Positions 50,186 to 63,100 are shown, counted from the stretch's first letter. The stretch: DNA of 64,000 nt from Chthonomonadaceae bacterium (GCA_035650735.1 DASRGZ010000120.1:1-64000); one strand, 5' to 3'. Notes: a model not told the origin generated them from the letters alone. A program made the numbers and translations.

Positions 50186-51006
50186 CGCAGCACGTAGACC
50201 TGTTCCAGGCGGTCGAAGTCCACGAAGGGACGCAAGCGCGCGCTCTTGAGGAAATTGCCCTCTTCGGCCCGCACATCCACGACCGTTCCGATGGGCAGGC
50301 CCGGCGGGAACACGCCGCCCAACCCGGAGGTGACGATCCGGTCGCCGAGCTTGATGTCGGCGTCGTTGGGCAGATAGACCAGGGAAAGCGCCTTCGAGTT
50401 ATCTCCCTTGCAGATGCCGGTGGCGCGCGATTTGGCCCGCTGTACCCGTGCGCCCACGCCGGAGTTCTGATCGGTCAACATTAGGACGGAGGCCGTGCCG
50501 GGCGTCACCTCAAACACGCGCCCTACCACTCCCTCGCGCGTCACCACGACACTGTTAGGGCGCACGCCGTCGGCGCCGCCGCGCGCGATCACCAGGGTAT
50601 CAAACTTGGGGTCGGGCCGGCGCGCGATCACATCTGCCGCCAGGAGGGACGTTTTCTGCGCGCGCACAAAGCCGAGATCGGCGCGCAGGCTCTCGTATTT
50701 GATAGCCGCCTCGCGCAGCGCCGCGTTCTCCTGTTCCAACTGGGCTATGCGCTCCCGCAGTTGTTGGTTCTCTTCTGAGATTGCGTGGCCATGCCAGATC
50801 CAGCTCGTCTGCGCGCTAAACCAGCGAGAGACCTTGCCGAGCGCATTGGAGGGAGGCGCGACGACGCCCCGCACCGCCCCAACGACGATGTCGGATTTTC
50901 CCCGATCGGTCTGGTGGTTGTGCCAGGCGCCGGCCAGCGTCCCCAGCAGCAGACAGATGAGCGCTGCCCAGTAACGCCGGACGCGAGGCGTCTTTTCGGA
51001 CCTCAT
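50182..51006 (-). CDS. mreC: rod shape-determining protein MreC
   Basis: Coiled coil, GVVGRV, VTSGLGGVFPPGLPIG; ATG 51006 chosen because the upstream extension is repeat-derived. Confidence 0.93.
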   Translation of the reverse strand: MRSEKTPRVRRYWAALICLLLGTLAGAWHNHQTDRGKSDIVVGAVRGVVAPPSNALGKVSRWFSAQTSWIWHGHAISEENQQLRERIAQLEQENAALREAAIKYESLRADLGFVRAQKTSLLAADVIARRPDPKFDTLVIARGGADGVRPNSVVVTREGVVGRVFEVTPGTASVLMLTDQNSGVGARVQRAKSRATGICKGDNSKALSLVYLPNDADIKLGDRIVTSGLGGVFPPGLPIGTVVDVRAEEGNFLKSARLRPFVDFDRLEQVYVLR

Positions 51007-51041
51007 GGCGACTTTCCGCTCCCTAAAGCAAGCGGCTCCGC

Positions 51042-51190
51042 GCCCGGCCCTAAAGGACCGGGCTGTGGGCGGCAAGCCCCATCAATGGGGCTAACCTCCC
51101 CTCTTGTAGCCCCCCGAAGGGGACCAACCCACCCCTGGTAGTCCGCTTGAGCGGGCTTGCCGTCTGCAGCTCACTCCTTTAGGGGTGGAC
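51042..51190. repeat. REP-like doublet between mreB and mreC
   Basis: GCCCGGCCCTAAAGGACCGGGCTG, CCGCTTGAGCGGGCTTGCC; same family as 15470-15625. Confidence 0.7.
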
Positions 51191-51249
51191 TGCCAGCAGG
51201 TTCTCGATACGTTCTTAGGAAAGCAAGGGGAGAGGTTTCCCTACTCGCT

Positions 51250-52498
<1,249 letters not shown>

Positions 52499-52513
52499 CG
52501 GAGGGTTAAGAAG

Positions 52514-53158
52514 GTGGCTGTTGAGCAAGAGCCTACGCCCACACTTTCAGGGCGCCTCTACAAGCGGCATTCCATAGAGACCGAAGCCAGAGTAATTCCC
52601 GATCAGGAGTTCGAGCAACTGGTCCGGTTTCTAAAGGTCCTGGCGGACAAAAGCCGGCTGCGGATTCTGGGCCTGCTTGCCGAGCGCGAGTACACAGTCA
52701 AAGAGCTGGCCTCCGTTTTGGGCTTAAAGGAGCCGACGGTATCCGCGCACTTGAACATGCTGAAGTGGCATGATATGGTGAACATGCGGCAGGAGGGAAC
52801 GGCGCACTACTACAGCCTGCGGCAGGATGATGTCCACAGGCTGCTCCAGGAGCTGCGGCCCAAAGCCTTCAAAGGCGATGAGGAAGACACGGGCGGCGAC
52901 GAGTTCGAGCGCAAGGTGTTGCAGCATTTCTTCGTGGAAGGCCGCTTGAAGGAGATACCTACACGTCCCAACAAGCAGATGGTGGTGCTGCGCCGCCTGG
53001 CGGAAGAGTTCGCCTACGACCAGTCTTACCCGGAAAAGCAGGTCAACGAGATCCTCAAGCGCTTCCATCCCGACTGCGCCACCCTGCGTCGGCTGCTGGT
53101 GGATAACCGCCTGATGACGCGCCAGAACAGCATCTACCAACGACTCAAAACCGATTAA
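52514..53158 (+). CDS. ArsR-family HTH regulator with C-terminal DUF2087
   Basis: LKVLADKSRLRILGLL..TVSAHL; YPEKQVNEIL..HPDCATLRRLLVD. Confidence 0.88.
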   Translation: MAVEQEPTPTLSGRLYKRHSIETEARVIPDQEFEQLVRFLKVLADKSRLRILGLLAEREYTVKELASVLGLKEPTVSAHLNMLKWHDMVNMRQEGTAHYYSLRQDDVHRLLQELRPKAFKGDEEDTGGDEFERKVLQHFFVEGRLKEIPTRPNKQMVVLRRLAEEFAYDQSYPEKQVNEILKRFHPDCATLRRLLVDNRLMTRQNSIYQRLKTD

Positions 53159-53174
53159 ACCACCCGCTACGCTA

Positions 53175-53337
53175 GAGCCACGGAGACACGGAGGAGTCAC
53201 GGAGAAAAACAAAGAGAAAGAGAGAAAGACAAAAGCCATTGAGATAGGATGAACGGGATGAACTGGATTTTAACTACGCAGACAAGCCCTGCTTCTCTCT
53301 CCTTGTTTAATCTTGTAAATCCTGTTAATCCTGTCTA
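53175..53337. repeat. (CACGGAG)n and (AGGAT..)/(AATCCTGT)n short repeats
   Basis: Visible repeats between convergent genes; family shared with 40003-40130. Confidence 0.6.
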
Positions 53338-53381
53338 AATGGCTTTTTTATCTTTCTCTGGTGCGAACGGGTTTGGCTTGA

Positions 53382-54902
53382 TTAGAGGCGGGACAACTCG
53401 GCAAAGCGGTCGGACAGTGCAGGGTAGAGCGTTCGGAAGAAGGCGGCGGCGCGGGCATAGACGGCAGCGGCTTCGCGGTCAGGCTGTTCTTGCTCCGCCA
53501 GAGGCGCAAAGAGCGGGGCGGCGGTCGCCAGATCGGGATAGAGACCGATGCCCACTCCGGCGATCATGGCCGCCCCGCAGGAAGTCGCTTCCGCCAGCCG
53601 CGCCAATAACTGAAGCGGACGGTTATAGACGGCGGCAAATATTTTCCGCCAGAGGGCATAGCGCATCCCGCCGCCCAGCACCCGGATACTCTCTGGAGCC
53701 AGCCCCAGCTCTTCCAGAACCGCGAGGTTGCTGGCGAGCGCATAGGCGACCCCTTCCATGATGGCGCGCGCCAGTTCCGTTCGCCCGTGCGCCTGCGTGA
53801 GCCCGAAGTAGACGCCTCTCGCGTTGGCATCCCAGATCGGCGACCGCTCGCCCTGCAAATACGGAAGGAAGAAGAGGCCGTTGCTGCCTGCGGGGGCGGA
53901 GGCCGCCAATCGCTCCAGCGCGGCGTGCTCCTCTTCACCGGCCGCGCGTTCCCCGACGCCGATGGCATTCCGAAACCAATCCAGGGCCACCGAAGCGGTC
54001 TGCACCGTGCCGTAGACGACGTACTGGGCCGGGTCAAGCCCGCAAAAGACGGAGACGCGCCGCCCCGGATCGGGCCGATAGTTTGCCGTCACGGCGGCGA
54101 CCCAGGAGGTGCCGCCAAGATAGTGATAGGCGTCGCCGGGCCGCACCGCGCCTGCACCTGCTGTCGCGCACGCGCCATCGCCGCCCCCCAGCACGACCGG
54201 CAGGCCCGCAGGCAGTCCTGTCGCCTCCGCCGCTGCCAGCGTTACCGTGCCGACGATGCTGGCCGAAGGGCGTACCGTCGGCAGCAATCGCGCCGGAAAC
54301 CCTCCGGCGGCGATCAGTTCCTCCGCCCAGACGCCTCGCTCCAGGTCAAAGCAGCCCGTCAGGGAGGCATCCGAGCGGTCGGTGAGGCCCCATGCCCCGG
54401 TCAGGCGTCCGGCGATATATTCCTTGGTCTGTACGCACCAGCGCGCGCGCCGCACCGTCTCCGGCTCATGCTCGGCCAGCCAGGCCAGCTTGCCCAGCGT
54501 GAAATAGGGCGCCAGACGATTGCCGGTCAACTGGTAGGCGCGTTCCCCTCCTACCTCCCGCGCGATCCGCGCACACTGCGCCGCGCTGCGGATGTCCGCA
54601 TGGATGAGGCCGGGCCGCAGGGCATTGCCCTCCGCATCCACCAGCAAACAGCCGTTCATCATCGCCGAAAACCCGACGGCGGCCAGATGGTTGACGGCCC
54701 CCGGCGCCTGCTCCAGCAGTTGGCGCGTGCTGGCGCAGACGGCCCGCCACCAGTCTTCCGGGTCGTGCTCGGCCCAGCCGGGGCGCGGATACTGCGTCGC
54801 GTAGGGTGCAAAGGCGGACGCCAGCAGGCGGCCCTCCGCGTCAAAGAGGGTTGCCTTGTCGCCGGTCGTTCCCAGATCATGAGCTAGCAGATAGGTCAGC
54901 AT
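53382..54902 (-). CDS. FGGY-family carbohydrate kinase (xylulokinase-like)
   Basis: HDLGTTGDK, DRSDAS, GGGDGA, PYLQGERSP, MEGVA. Confidence 0.9.
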   Translation of the reverse strand: MLTYLLAHDLGTTGDKATLFDAEGRLLASAFAPYATQYPRPGWAEHDPEDWWRAVCASTRQLLEQAPGAVNHLAAVGFSAMMNGCLLVDAEGNALRPGLIHADIRSAAQCARIAREVGGERAYQLTGNRLAPYFTLGKLAWLAEHEPETVRRARWCVQTKEYIAGRLTGAWGLTDRSDASLTGCFDLERGVWAEELIAAGGFPARLLPTVRPSASIVGTVTLAAAEATGLPAGLPVVLGGGDGACATAGAGAVRPGDAYHYLGGTSWVAAVTANYRPDPGRRVSVFCGLDPAQYVVYGTVQTASVALDWFRNAIGVGERAAGEEEHAALERLAASAPAGSNGLFFLPYLQGERSPIWDANARGVYFGLTQAHGRTELARAIMEGVAYALASNLAVLEELGLAPESIRVLGGGMRYALWRKIFAAVYNRPLQLLARLAEATSCGAAMIAGVGIGLYPDLATAAPLFAPLAEQEQPDREAAAVYARAAAFFRTLYPALSDRFAELSRL

Positions 54903-55030
54903 AGCGGTTCCGAAGGTGTTTTTCCCATGCCGGGCCATTGACTCGGCGCGCGGCACAGGCCATTTCTCACGGAGCAGGCTCGCAAAGAGGCCTGCTGTGG
55001 GGCCAGCAGGGGTGAACGCTATTCCCTTTG

Positions 55031-56287
55031 TTACGGAGCGGGTTCGCAGAGAAGGGCGATGGGCTTTTCCTGCCTGCGAGTCAGTACGACAACGGCGGGC
55101 GTGCCTCCTGCCTCGGCTCCGGTCAGGCGCTTGCGGAGGTCTTCCGGCTCCAGCGGCACGCCGCGCTTCTTGATGGCAGCCACGTACCGTCCGAGGGATT
55201 TCAGCCGGGATTGCATGTGCTTGAGGTTGAACGGCATCCAATCGAGGACGCGATAGGCGGCGGCAAAGGGCGAGGCGGTCAGGGCGTCGGCGGTCAGGTA
55301 GGCGATCTGGGAGTCAAGCTGGGCGGCGCTCAGCAGCGCGGCGACCTGCGGCACGAGATGGGCGCGGAGGACGGCGGGATCGGGCTCATAGAGCCAGGCG
55401 CGCGGCGCGGAGAGTAGCGGCGGATCGCAAGGGAAGGGAGCCAGCGTCACCGGGGGCGATCCGGGGCGGAGAACGGTGGCGCAGTAGGCTTCGCCCTCCG
55501 TGTGCCGGGCCGGCGTCTCCGGGAGCGCCTCCGTCAGCGGCCCAAACCACAGGACGGCCTCCTTGCACTCGCCCCGGTCGGAGAGAAACTCCACGCGCGC
55601 CGGGTAGGGCCGCAGCGCCGCGTCCTCAATGGCAGGTGATACCTTGACGGCCAGAGAGGGAAAGTGGGCGCGCAGCGCCTCCGACCAGGAGAGCGGCGGG
55701 GTATAGGCTTCGGCGGCGCGGGCGCGGCGGCGCTGTCCGACGCGATCCTCGGTGCGCCGCGAGGGATCGAAGAAGGCGGCGCGGATGCCTCCTGCCCGCA
55801 GCCGCGCCAGATCCAGCGTCGTCACGTCGGCGCAGAGCGCAAAAACGGGATGCGGCAGATCGAGCGCCTCCGCGTTGGCGCGCGTGCAGACGGCTGCCGC
55901 CGGAACGCGATCTACGGCCAGGACCGGGCCGCGCTCGGCCAGGGCCAGCGCGTCGCCGCCGATGCCGCAGCAGGCATCCAGCACGGCCTCGCCTGCCGGG
56001 AAGCGCCCGGCCCGGTAGTGCGCGATCACCTCGCCGGTGGACTGCTCCAGGCCCTCCCCCGTGAAGAACATCCGGTCGGCCTGGGCGAATTTGGCCCGCG
56101 CACGGCGGCGCAACTCCAGCAGCTCAACGGCGGCGGCAGCCAGATCGGCCGGATAGGGATAGCGGCGGCGCAAGCGCGTCAGACGTGTCAGGCGGTCGGC
56201 AGGAAGGCGTGCGGCCTCATCCAGCAGAGCGCTGCCCGCCTGTGTATGGAGCCAGGCCAACGCGGAGGCGAGCGCGTCCGGACTCAC
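55031..56287 (-). CDS. SAM-dependent methyltransferase with THUMP-like C-terminus
   Basis: GLEQST, DACCGIGGD, FFDPSRR, YEPDPAV. Confidence 0.85.
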   Translation of the reverse strand: MSPDALASALAWLHTQAGSALLDEAARLPADRLTRLTRLRRRYPYPADLAAAAVELLELRRRARAKFAQADRMFFTGEGLEQSTGEVIAHYRAGRFPAGEAVLDACCGIGGDALALAERGPVLAVDRVPAAAVCTRANAEALDLPHPVFALCADVTTLDLARLRAGGIRAAFFDPSRRTEDRVGQRRRARAAEAYTPPLSWSEALRAHFPSLAVKVSPAIEDAALRPYPARVEFLSDRGECKEAVLWFGPLTEALPETPARHTEGEAYCATVLRPGSPPVTLAPFPCDPPLLSAPRAWLYEPDPAVLRAHLVPQVAALLSAAQLDSQIAYLTADALTASPFAAAYRVLDWMPFNLKHMQSRLKSLGRYVAAIKKRGVPLEPEDLRKRLTGAEAGGTPAVVVLTRRQEKPIALLCEPAP

Positions 56288-56730
56288 TTCACGATCAGCA
56301 CGGGACAGTGGGCGTGATGCAGCACATGATCGGAGACGCTGCCCACCAGGAAGGACTCTAGTCCGCCCAGTCCCCGACTGCCCAGGACGATCAGGTCTAC
56401 CTTCTCCCGCGCGGCCACACTGATGATCCTGTCCGCCGGATGACCTACCTCCCGCCGGGCCAGGTAGCCCACCCCCTGCTCCTCCAGGATTTTGCCCGTA
56501 TCTCTCTCGATAGCCTCCTGAATTTGCTCCCCATACTGGGCAATGAGGGCCGGATCAATGGGCACTTCCGTCAGGCCCAGAGTGGGACCTGCGGCCAGAG
56601 GTGGGTCGAAGACGGTGAGCAGCGTGACCTGCGACTCGAATCGTTTGGCGATCTCGGCGGCGCAGGTCGCCGCCTTGAGCGCGCTCTCGGAACCATCCGA
56701 AGCGATCAGGATATGCTGAAACATGGTCAT
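56284..56730 (-). CDS. universal stress protein
   Basis: ILIASDGS, DLIVLGSRG, GSVS..VLHHAHCPVLIV. Confidence 0.93.
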   Translation of the reverse strand: MTMFQHILIASDGSESALKAATCAAEIAKRFESQVTLLTVFDPPLAAGPTLGLTEVPIDPALIAQYGEQIQEAIERDTGKILEEQGVGYLARREVGHPADRIISVAAREKVDLIVLGSRGLGGLESFLVGSVSDHVLHHAHCPVLIVK

Positions 56731-56821
56731 GCACCTCAAAAGCGTGACAATTCTCCGCTAATTACCGGGACGACTCACGTTTCTCCCCTCGCCTTCCTTC
56801 TTCCTGCCGTTTTCTTTGCAG

Positions 56822-57055
56822 CCCTCACCCCCTATCCCCCTCTCCCACGCTGCGGGAGAGGGGGAGGAGAAGCCAGGTTCTACCCTCCTGCGAACTGCTT
56901 TTGGAGAAAGCGGCGGCTCTGGACGTAGGGGGAGGAGAAGCCTTGTTCTTCCCTCCTCGCCGGCCCTTCTCCCTGCTAGGGAGAAGGGAGAGGAGAAGTC
57001 AACTCTGTCTCTCCCCTCCCCTGTTCTTGGGGGAGGGGAAAAAGGGGTAGGGGCC
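56822..57055. repeat. CCCTCACCCC..CTCTCCCACGCTGCGGGAGAGGGG family repeat cluster
   Basis: Same unit at 23898, 32761, 45390 and 63653. Confidence 0.75.
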
Positions 57056-57095
57056 AGAATTAAATGGCCTTCCTGCCGGACCATCTCCGCGGTGT

Positions 57096-58343
57096 CTATT
57101 CGTGGCGGAGCGCTTCGATGGGATCGAGGTTGGCGGCGCGATAAGCCGGATACATGCCGAAGAAGATGCCCACACAAGCGGAGAACACAAACGCGCCGAT
57201 GGCGAAGGAGGGCGGCACATAGATCGCCATCCCTTTAGCGCCGGTCTGTGGATCGGTCATGGCGGGAATAAACTGGGTGATAAAGCCGATGGTATAGGCA
57301 AAGGCCGAGCCGATGACGATGCCGGTCAAGCCGCCGACGCCCGAGAGCGTCGCCGACTCGATGAGAAACTGAACGAGAATATCCTTGCGCTTGGCCCCAA
57401 TGGCTTTGCGCAGGCCGATCTCGCGGGTGCGCTCGGTGACCGAGACCAGCATGATATTCATGATGCCAATGCCGCCGACCAGCAGCGCCATGCCGGCAAT
57501 GGAGCCCAATACCAGCGTGAAGATGGCCAGGACTTGCTTGATGCTGTTGAGCATGTTGTCCAGGCTGTCCACGCGGAAGCCGATCAGGTTGTTATAGCGG
57601 CGCATCAGCAGCTGCCAGACCTGATCTTTGGCCTCATCCATGTGCTGCAAGTCTACGGCTTCGGCCCAGATGACGCCCACGAGTTCCTGGCCCAGGTAAC
57701 GCTTCTGTACCGTCGTCAGCGGAATAAAGACCTGCTTATCGGCGTCGCCGCTCAACATGCGCCCCTTGGGGGCCATTACACCCACGACCGTCAGGTTCAG
57801 GCCATTGATCTCGATGTCCTGGCCGATGGGGTCGGCGTTCTGGAAGAGGTCTTTCTCGATCTTATCGCCGATGACGCACACTTTGGCCCAGGTATCCACG
57901 TCCTTGTCGGACAGGAAGCGTCCGCGCGCCACCATGACATTGCGCATCCGCTCGTAGGCCGGCAGCACGCCGTTGGGGGTCACGTCGGTGGTGCGGCCTC
58001 TGTAGTTGGCCGTCGTGCCCTGGTTGAGCGGCAGTTCCGGGGAGAGGCTTTTGATAAGGTCACAATGCTGCTGGATGGCGCGCACGTCATCCATCTTCAT
58101 GCCGTCAATGCGGCGGGTTGTCTGCTTGCGCTCGTCGCGATCCGGCCCGTAGAAGATCAGAATGAGATTAGAGCCCATCTTCTGGAACTCGTTGGTGACT
58201 CGCGACTGGGCGCCCTGCAGGATGGAGACCATCATAATGACGGCGCTGACACCGATGATGACGCCGAGCATGGTCAGCGCGGAGCGGAGCTTGTTGGCGC
58301 GCAGGTTTGCGAAGGCGACCTGTATGCCGTGCCAGAGGTTCAT
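57096..58343 (-). CDS. MacB-like ABC permease
   Basis: NKLRSALTMLGVIIG, GGIGIMNIMLVSVTERTREIGLRKAIGA, LDPIEALRHE. Confidence 0.93.
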   Translation of the reverse strand: MNLWHGIQVAFANLRANKLRSALTMLGVIIGVSAVIMMVSILQGAQSRVTNEFQKMGSNLILIFYGPDRDERKQTTRRIDGMKMDDVRAIQQHCDLIKSLSPELPLNQGTTANYRGRTTDVTPNGVLPAYERMRNVMVARGRFLSDKDVDTWAKVCVIGDKIEKDLFQNADPIGQDIEINGLNLTVVGVMAPKGRMLSGDADKQVFIPLTTVQKRYLGQELVGVIWAEAVDLQHMDEAKDQVWQLLMRRYNNLIGFRVDSLDNMLNSIKQVLAIFTLVLGSIAGMALLVGGIGIMNIMLVSVTERTREIGLRKAIGAKRKDILVQFLIESATLSGVGGLTGIVIGSAFAYTIGFITQFIPAMTDPQTGAKGMAIYVPPSFAIGAFVFSACVGIFFGMYPAYRAANLDPIEALRHE

Positions 58344-58361
58344 GGGTTTCTCCCTGCGCGT

Positions 58362-60116
58362 CTATGGGCCTTCTCGGCGCATGTCAACCGTCTTGCGAGG
58401 CGGGCCGGTGTAGGGCGCGGGCCGTACCTTCTCCCCCACTTTCAGGCCGGAGACAATTTCAACGAAGTCGTCGCCACGCAGCCCGACCGTTACCTTGCGG
58501 GGCGTCGTCGTTTCGACCTTTTCGCCATTTTTGACGGTCTCGGTGACGATCTGAACCGTCGCGTTCGGCCCATCTCCCTGGACGCAGTTGGTGGGCACGC
58601 GCAGGACGTTGCGGCGGCGGGCCACGATGATAGAGCAGCGCGCGCTCATGCCGGGCTTGAGGCGCGCATCGGCGTGGTCAATCTGAACCTCGACCGGGAA
58701 GCGGATGACGTTCTGATTGTTTCCACCGCCCCCACCGCCTCCGTTATCCCCTCCGCCGCCGGAGGTCCCAGGCGTGGCGGTGTAGGCGGCAGGAGCGACC
58801 TTGCGGACGTGGCCGGTAAACAGGGCGCCGCGCTCGGCATCTATCGTCACCTCGGTCAGCAGGCCGCGCCGCACTTTGGCGATATCCACCTCATTGACAT
58901 TGATCTTGACCAGCATTGTGGCCAGGTCCGCGATCTGAAAGACCGGCGTGCCGGAGGAGAAGGAAGAGATACCGGAAGTGATCAGCTCGCCCTGTTCGAC
59001 GTAGCGGTGGGTTATCAGGCCCGGCATCGCCGCCACCAGCCTGGTATCGCGCTGATTGACCAGCCTCTCGTTAAGCTGGTTCTGTATCTGCTGGACGTCA
59101 GCAGCGGCGACAGCGACCTCATCCTGGCGCATTTTATCCTGCGTTTTCCCGGCGCGCATCGCGGCAAGCTGGGCCTGCGCCTGCCTGTAGGCGGCACGCG
59201 CGCTTTCCAATTCACGCCGCTTAGTGGCGGGCAGGACATTGGTCCTGGCCTGGGCCAGCGCCGCCTCCATCTGGCGCACCTGACTCAGAGCGCTGGCAAC
59301 CTGGCTGCGCGCGTTGGCCTCTTCGAGCGCATTGGCCTTATTGATCCGGTCCAGCCGCTCTTTCGCCTGGCGCAGATGCGCGGCGGAGACCTGCGCCTGC
59401 GTCTCCGCGGCCTCCACGACCTGCTGCGCGACGAAGCCCTTAGCCAACAACTGCTGCTGCCTGCGAACAGTGCGTGCATCATTATCGGCCTGAGCGCGGG
59501 CCTGATCATAGTCCGATTGCGCGGCAACGAGCGCCTGCGGGTGGGTGGACTGGATCATCAGGTCCAGGGCATCCTGCTGGGCCTTAAGTTCAGATTGGGC
59601 AGCGTCCAGATTGGCCTGGGCGATCTGGATGGCCTGCTGCGTCAGGTGCGGCTGGGCCTGCGCCTCCGCTTCCGCCGCCTTCAGCCGCGCCCAGGTCACC
59701 TCGACGTTATGCGCATACTGGTCAATGCCGGTCGCGGTCTGCGATTGCTGATAGTCAGCATTCTTGCGCGCCGCCGCCAGGTGGGCTTGCGCGCCCGCCA
59801 ACTGCGCCCGCAGCGCGGCCACCTGGCTGTTGATCTCCTGCGGGTCAATAGTCGCCAGTATCTGACCCTGCCGCACCACCATGCCCTCATCCACGAACAG
59901 CCGCGCGAGCCGTCCGCCGACTTTGGACTTGACCTCGACCTTGCGCAGCGGTTCAATGGTGCCGGTTTCGACGACCTTGATCTCCACATCGCCGCGCTGT
60001 ACCGTCTCGCTGCGCTCGGTCTTGGGCTTGGCCCTGAGCAAGGCGCGCACGCCCATAAATGTTCCCAGGCCCATGAGCAGCAACAGTAGCCCACAGCCTA
60101 TCAGCCATTTTTTCAT
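58362..60116 (-). CDS. efflux periplasmic adaptor (MacA/HlyD-like)
   Basis: VEVKSKVGG, long coiled coil, VNEVDI, LKPGMSA. Confidence 0.9.
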   Translation of the reverse strand: MKKWLIGCGLLLLLMGLGTFMGVRALLRAKPKTERSETVQRGDVEIKVVETGTIEPLRKVEVKSKVGGRLARLFVDEGMVVRQGQILATIDPQEINSQVAALRAQLAGAQAHLAAARKNADYQQSQTATGIDQYAHNVEVTWARLKAAEAEAQAQPHLTQQAIQIAQANLDAAQSELKAQQDALDLMIQSTHPQALVAAQSDYDQARAQADNDARTVRRQQQLLAKGFVAQQVVEAAETQAQVSAAHLRQAKERLDRINKANALEEANARSQVASALSQVRQMEAALAQARTNVLPATKRRELESARAAYRQAQAQLAAMRAGKTQDKMRQDEVAVAAADVQQIQNQLNERLVNQRDTRLVAAMPGLITHRYVEQGELITSGISSFSSGTPVFQIADLATMLVKINVNEVDIAKVRRGLLTEVTIDAERGALFTGHVRKVAPAAYTATPGTSGGGGDNGGGGGGGNNQNVIRFPVEVQIDHADARLKPGMSARCSIIVARRRNVLRVPTNCVQGDGPNATVQIVTETVKNGEKVETTTPRKVTVGLRGDDFVEIVSGLKVGEKVRPAPYTGPPRKTVDMRREGP

Positions 60117-60192
60117 AATGGTTCTTTCTCATTTCCGCCGCTACGGCTTCATACTGGTCCACAGGTCGGCAGGAGCAAACAAGTTCCGAATT

Positions 60193-63100
60193 CTACCACG
60201 CTCCCGCACAGTCCTCCCCAAAAGGGTAAACCTCCGGCCCATTAGCCCCGGCGCGGCGCCCGATGACGGCCAGACGCAGCAGGATGGGCGGAGCGGCCGC
60301 GGCAGCGTGAGCCTTTGTCAGCAGACGGGAAACGTCCAGGCTTATCTGCCTGTAGCGCGGGACGGCGCGCGGCAGCGGTTGGCGGGCAAGGATACGGCTC
60401 CCGGCCAGCGCCAGCAGTTCCACACGGCCCGGCCCGTTCTGCGCCCACCCGGCGTCGCCCGTGTTGTAGAGCAACAGCCGGTGCCGCTTGCCTGGGCGCT
60501 CTTGCCAGGAGAGTTCGGCGTTGGCGTACTTGAGGGGGTTGCTGCCGTTGGCCGGGACGTTGCCGACCGCCACCAGCGGCATCGTCGCCGTTGTCGTGCC
60601 GGTTCCCGGCGTGCGCACGCCGGGCCTCAGCCCTGCCGCTCGCATCCGCGCATATTCGCCGCGCCACCGCGCATAGATTCCCGCATAGCCGCGCGCGTCC
60701 GCGTCGCGATCTACCGTGATCCAGGCCGTTGGAGGCGGGTTGACCATAGCCCTCGGCAATTCTCCAGCAGCGTGCCGCTGAAGACGCCGGGCTGCCGGGC
60801 GGGGTGAGCCATCCGGCGAGACGATGCCGAAGTCGCTGTTCTCGTCCACACGCAGGCCACCGGGATACCACCACGCCGCCGATCCATTCGCCCCGGAATC
60901 CAGGAGGAGACGGTACATTTTATCATAGTAAGCGCCCTGCGCGGCGATCTTGTCCGGGGTGGTGTCCGGGTAGACGCTCTGGCCGAACTCCGCCCAGAAG
61001 ACTGGCTTGCCGTTGCCGGCCCAGCGGGCGTAGGCCGTCGTCAGCCCGCCCCCACGAAACTCCGGCCACGCCCCGCCGAGCGCGTAACCCTCCGGCGAGA
61101 TGAAATCCAGGTGCGCCGCGCCGGAAAGCAGGTCAAAGGGAGCCTGCCCCGCCACCGCCAGGCTGCCGTTGCCGCCGTAGCCGCTGCGCGCCCCGATCAG
61201 CGCTCCGTAAGGGCGCAGCACCTGCACGACCTCCCGGTAGCCCCGGCTGATGCGGTCGTCCAGAAAGCGGCGGTAGGCGGCGACCATCACGCGCCAGGGA
61301 CCATCCTGCGCCAACTGCGCATCCGAAGGATTAGTAATCTGTCCCTCCTCGCGCGGCGCGGCCAGGCCCCAATCGCGCTCGGCACCAGCAATGCTGCCAT
61401 ACTGGGCCAGTATCCAGTCCCGCCATGCCGCGTCCAGCGCCTTGCGCTCCGTATGCGCCCCGACGTGCGGCTCCCAGGCGATGTCAAAGGCGAATACCGT
61501 CGCGTTGCCGCGCAGGTGGGCGGCGTTCAGCAGCGCCCGCAGGCCGTTCAGATGGAAGTCTAGAGGATTGGCGTCCGCAACGAATACGTTGACTCTCAGG
61601 CGGTGGTTTCGGCAACGTGCGAGAAAATCGTCGAGTGCCGGCCCCTCATCAGGATTGGTATACTGCACGCTGAGCAGATTGACGCCCAGCCTCTCGCATT
61701 GGGTCAGCTCCGGCTCGACCAACTCGGGATCGTACTGGTCCGGGGCAATCCAGTGGACCCAGTAGGGCTGATTCTCTTCCCCTATCACCCAGAACGGCCA
61801 GTAGTTGACGCCGACGGGCCGCCAGGGCTTGCCGTTGAGCACAAACTCGCCGCTGCGCGCCCGGATGCGATCCTGGAACCGGGCCGTCGGTATACTTCTG
61901 GGGAGCACGCGAAACGGCATCTCGATCCTGTCCACTGGCTTTTGGGTGCCGGAGCCGCCAGTCAGCGCACCGGCTGCGAGCAAAGTTATGCGCACCGTAT
62001 ACGTGCCGGGGAGAAGGGGAGGCAGTCGGCGCCTCCATTGCGGCTCGGCGCCCAATGCCTCCGGCGCAAGCGCAAGATGGCTCCTGTAGGCCGCTATCGG
62101 CCCTTTATCTCCGCGCACGGCGATGGCCGCCTCTACGGAGCGCGCCTGTGAGCCGGTATTAACGGCCTTAAAGCCGATGGTGATCGACTCGCCCTCCACA
62201 TAAGCAGCCTTCTCTGTGCCGGCATGGGCAAGGTAGACTCCCTGCGTGAGAAGACGCACCGCCGGAAGCAAAGGGCTGAGGCTACTCTTTTGGGCTACCC
62301 CGCCCCAGAGTGCGCCCTGCATTGGCCCGGACAGACACAGATACGCCCAGGCCCTATCCCCCGGATGGATGCCTGTAGTATCGGCGCGCAACTCCACAGG
62401 CATCAGGCGACCGGGCCGCTCGCCGGTCAGGCCGATGCCGCGCTGCCGCACGATAGGAACCCAGAGGCGGCGCAGCACGGCTCCGGCAGGGCGTCCCGGC
62501 CTCTGCTTTCTCGCCGCAGAAGCAGGATTCTCCTTCACGCTGAGGAAGTACCCCTTGTACGCCGGACTCAAGCACTCCAATAGAGGCGGCGCGGCCTCTT
62601 TCATGTTGGCGGGCAGGCGCGCGGAACCGGGCGCTGCCAGCCAGAACTCGTGGGGGCCGGGAGCCATCAGGGCGTGCGACTGCGCCAGCCCGATATGCCA
62701 CTCGCGCGCGTTCTCCGGGTGGAACGAGTCGCTAGGTCCGCCCCGCCCCTGTGAGGGGGAGTCGGGCCAGTAGTGGAAATCGGCGGGCGTCAGGGCGTAG
62801 CGCTGCCAGGCGCCGGTCAGCTTCACCGCCCCGATCCAGCGGGAGCCGTCCCGCTCCTTCCACTCCATCACCAGGGCGCGCGTATGCGGCCCGCCCTTCG
62901 CCCAGAAGGTGACTGTCTGCGCGCCGGGCGCGAACGGAGAGGCCGGGAACGGCGGCGGGCTGAAGTTGTCCCATCCCGTGAAGTGGGCAAAGCGGAAATG
63001 CAGCGCGGGGCCGTGCGGGCTGCCCTCACGGGTCAGCGTCGCAGGGCTGTTCGGATCGTTGGTGGCGCGCGTCCAGGCGGCAAGGTTAGTAGCGCCGAAA

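Noticed and set aside
57102..60089. 995-aa + strand ORF (and other long antisense ORFs such as 9841-11109 and 42040-43386)
   Set aside because: Shadow frames opposite well-supported genes, expected at high GC; no motifs
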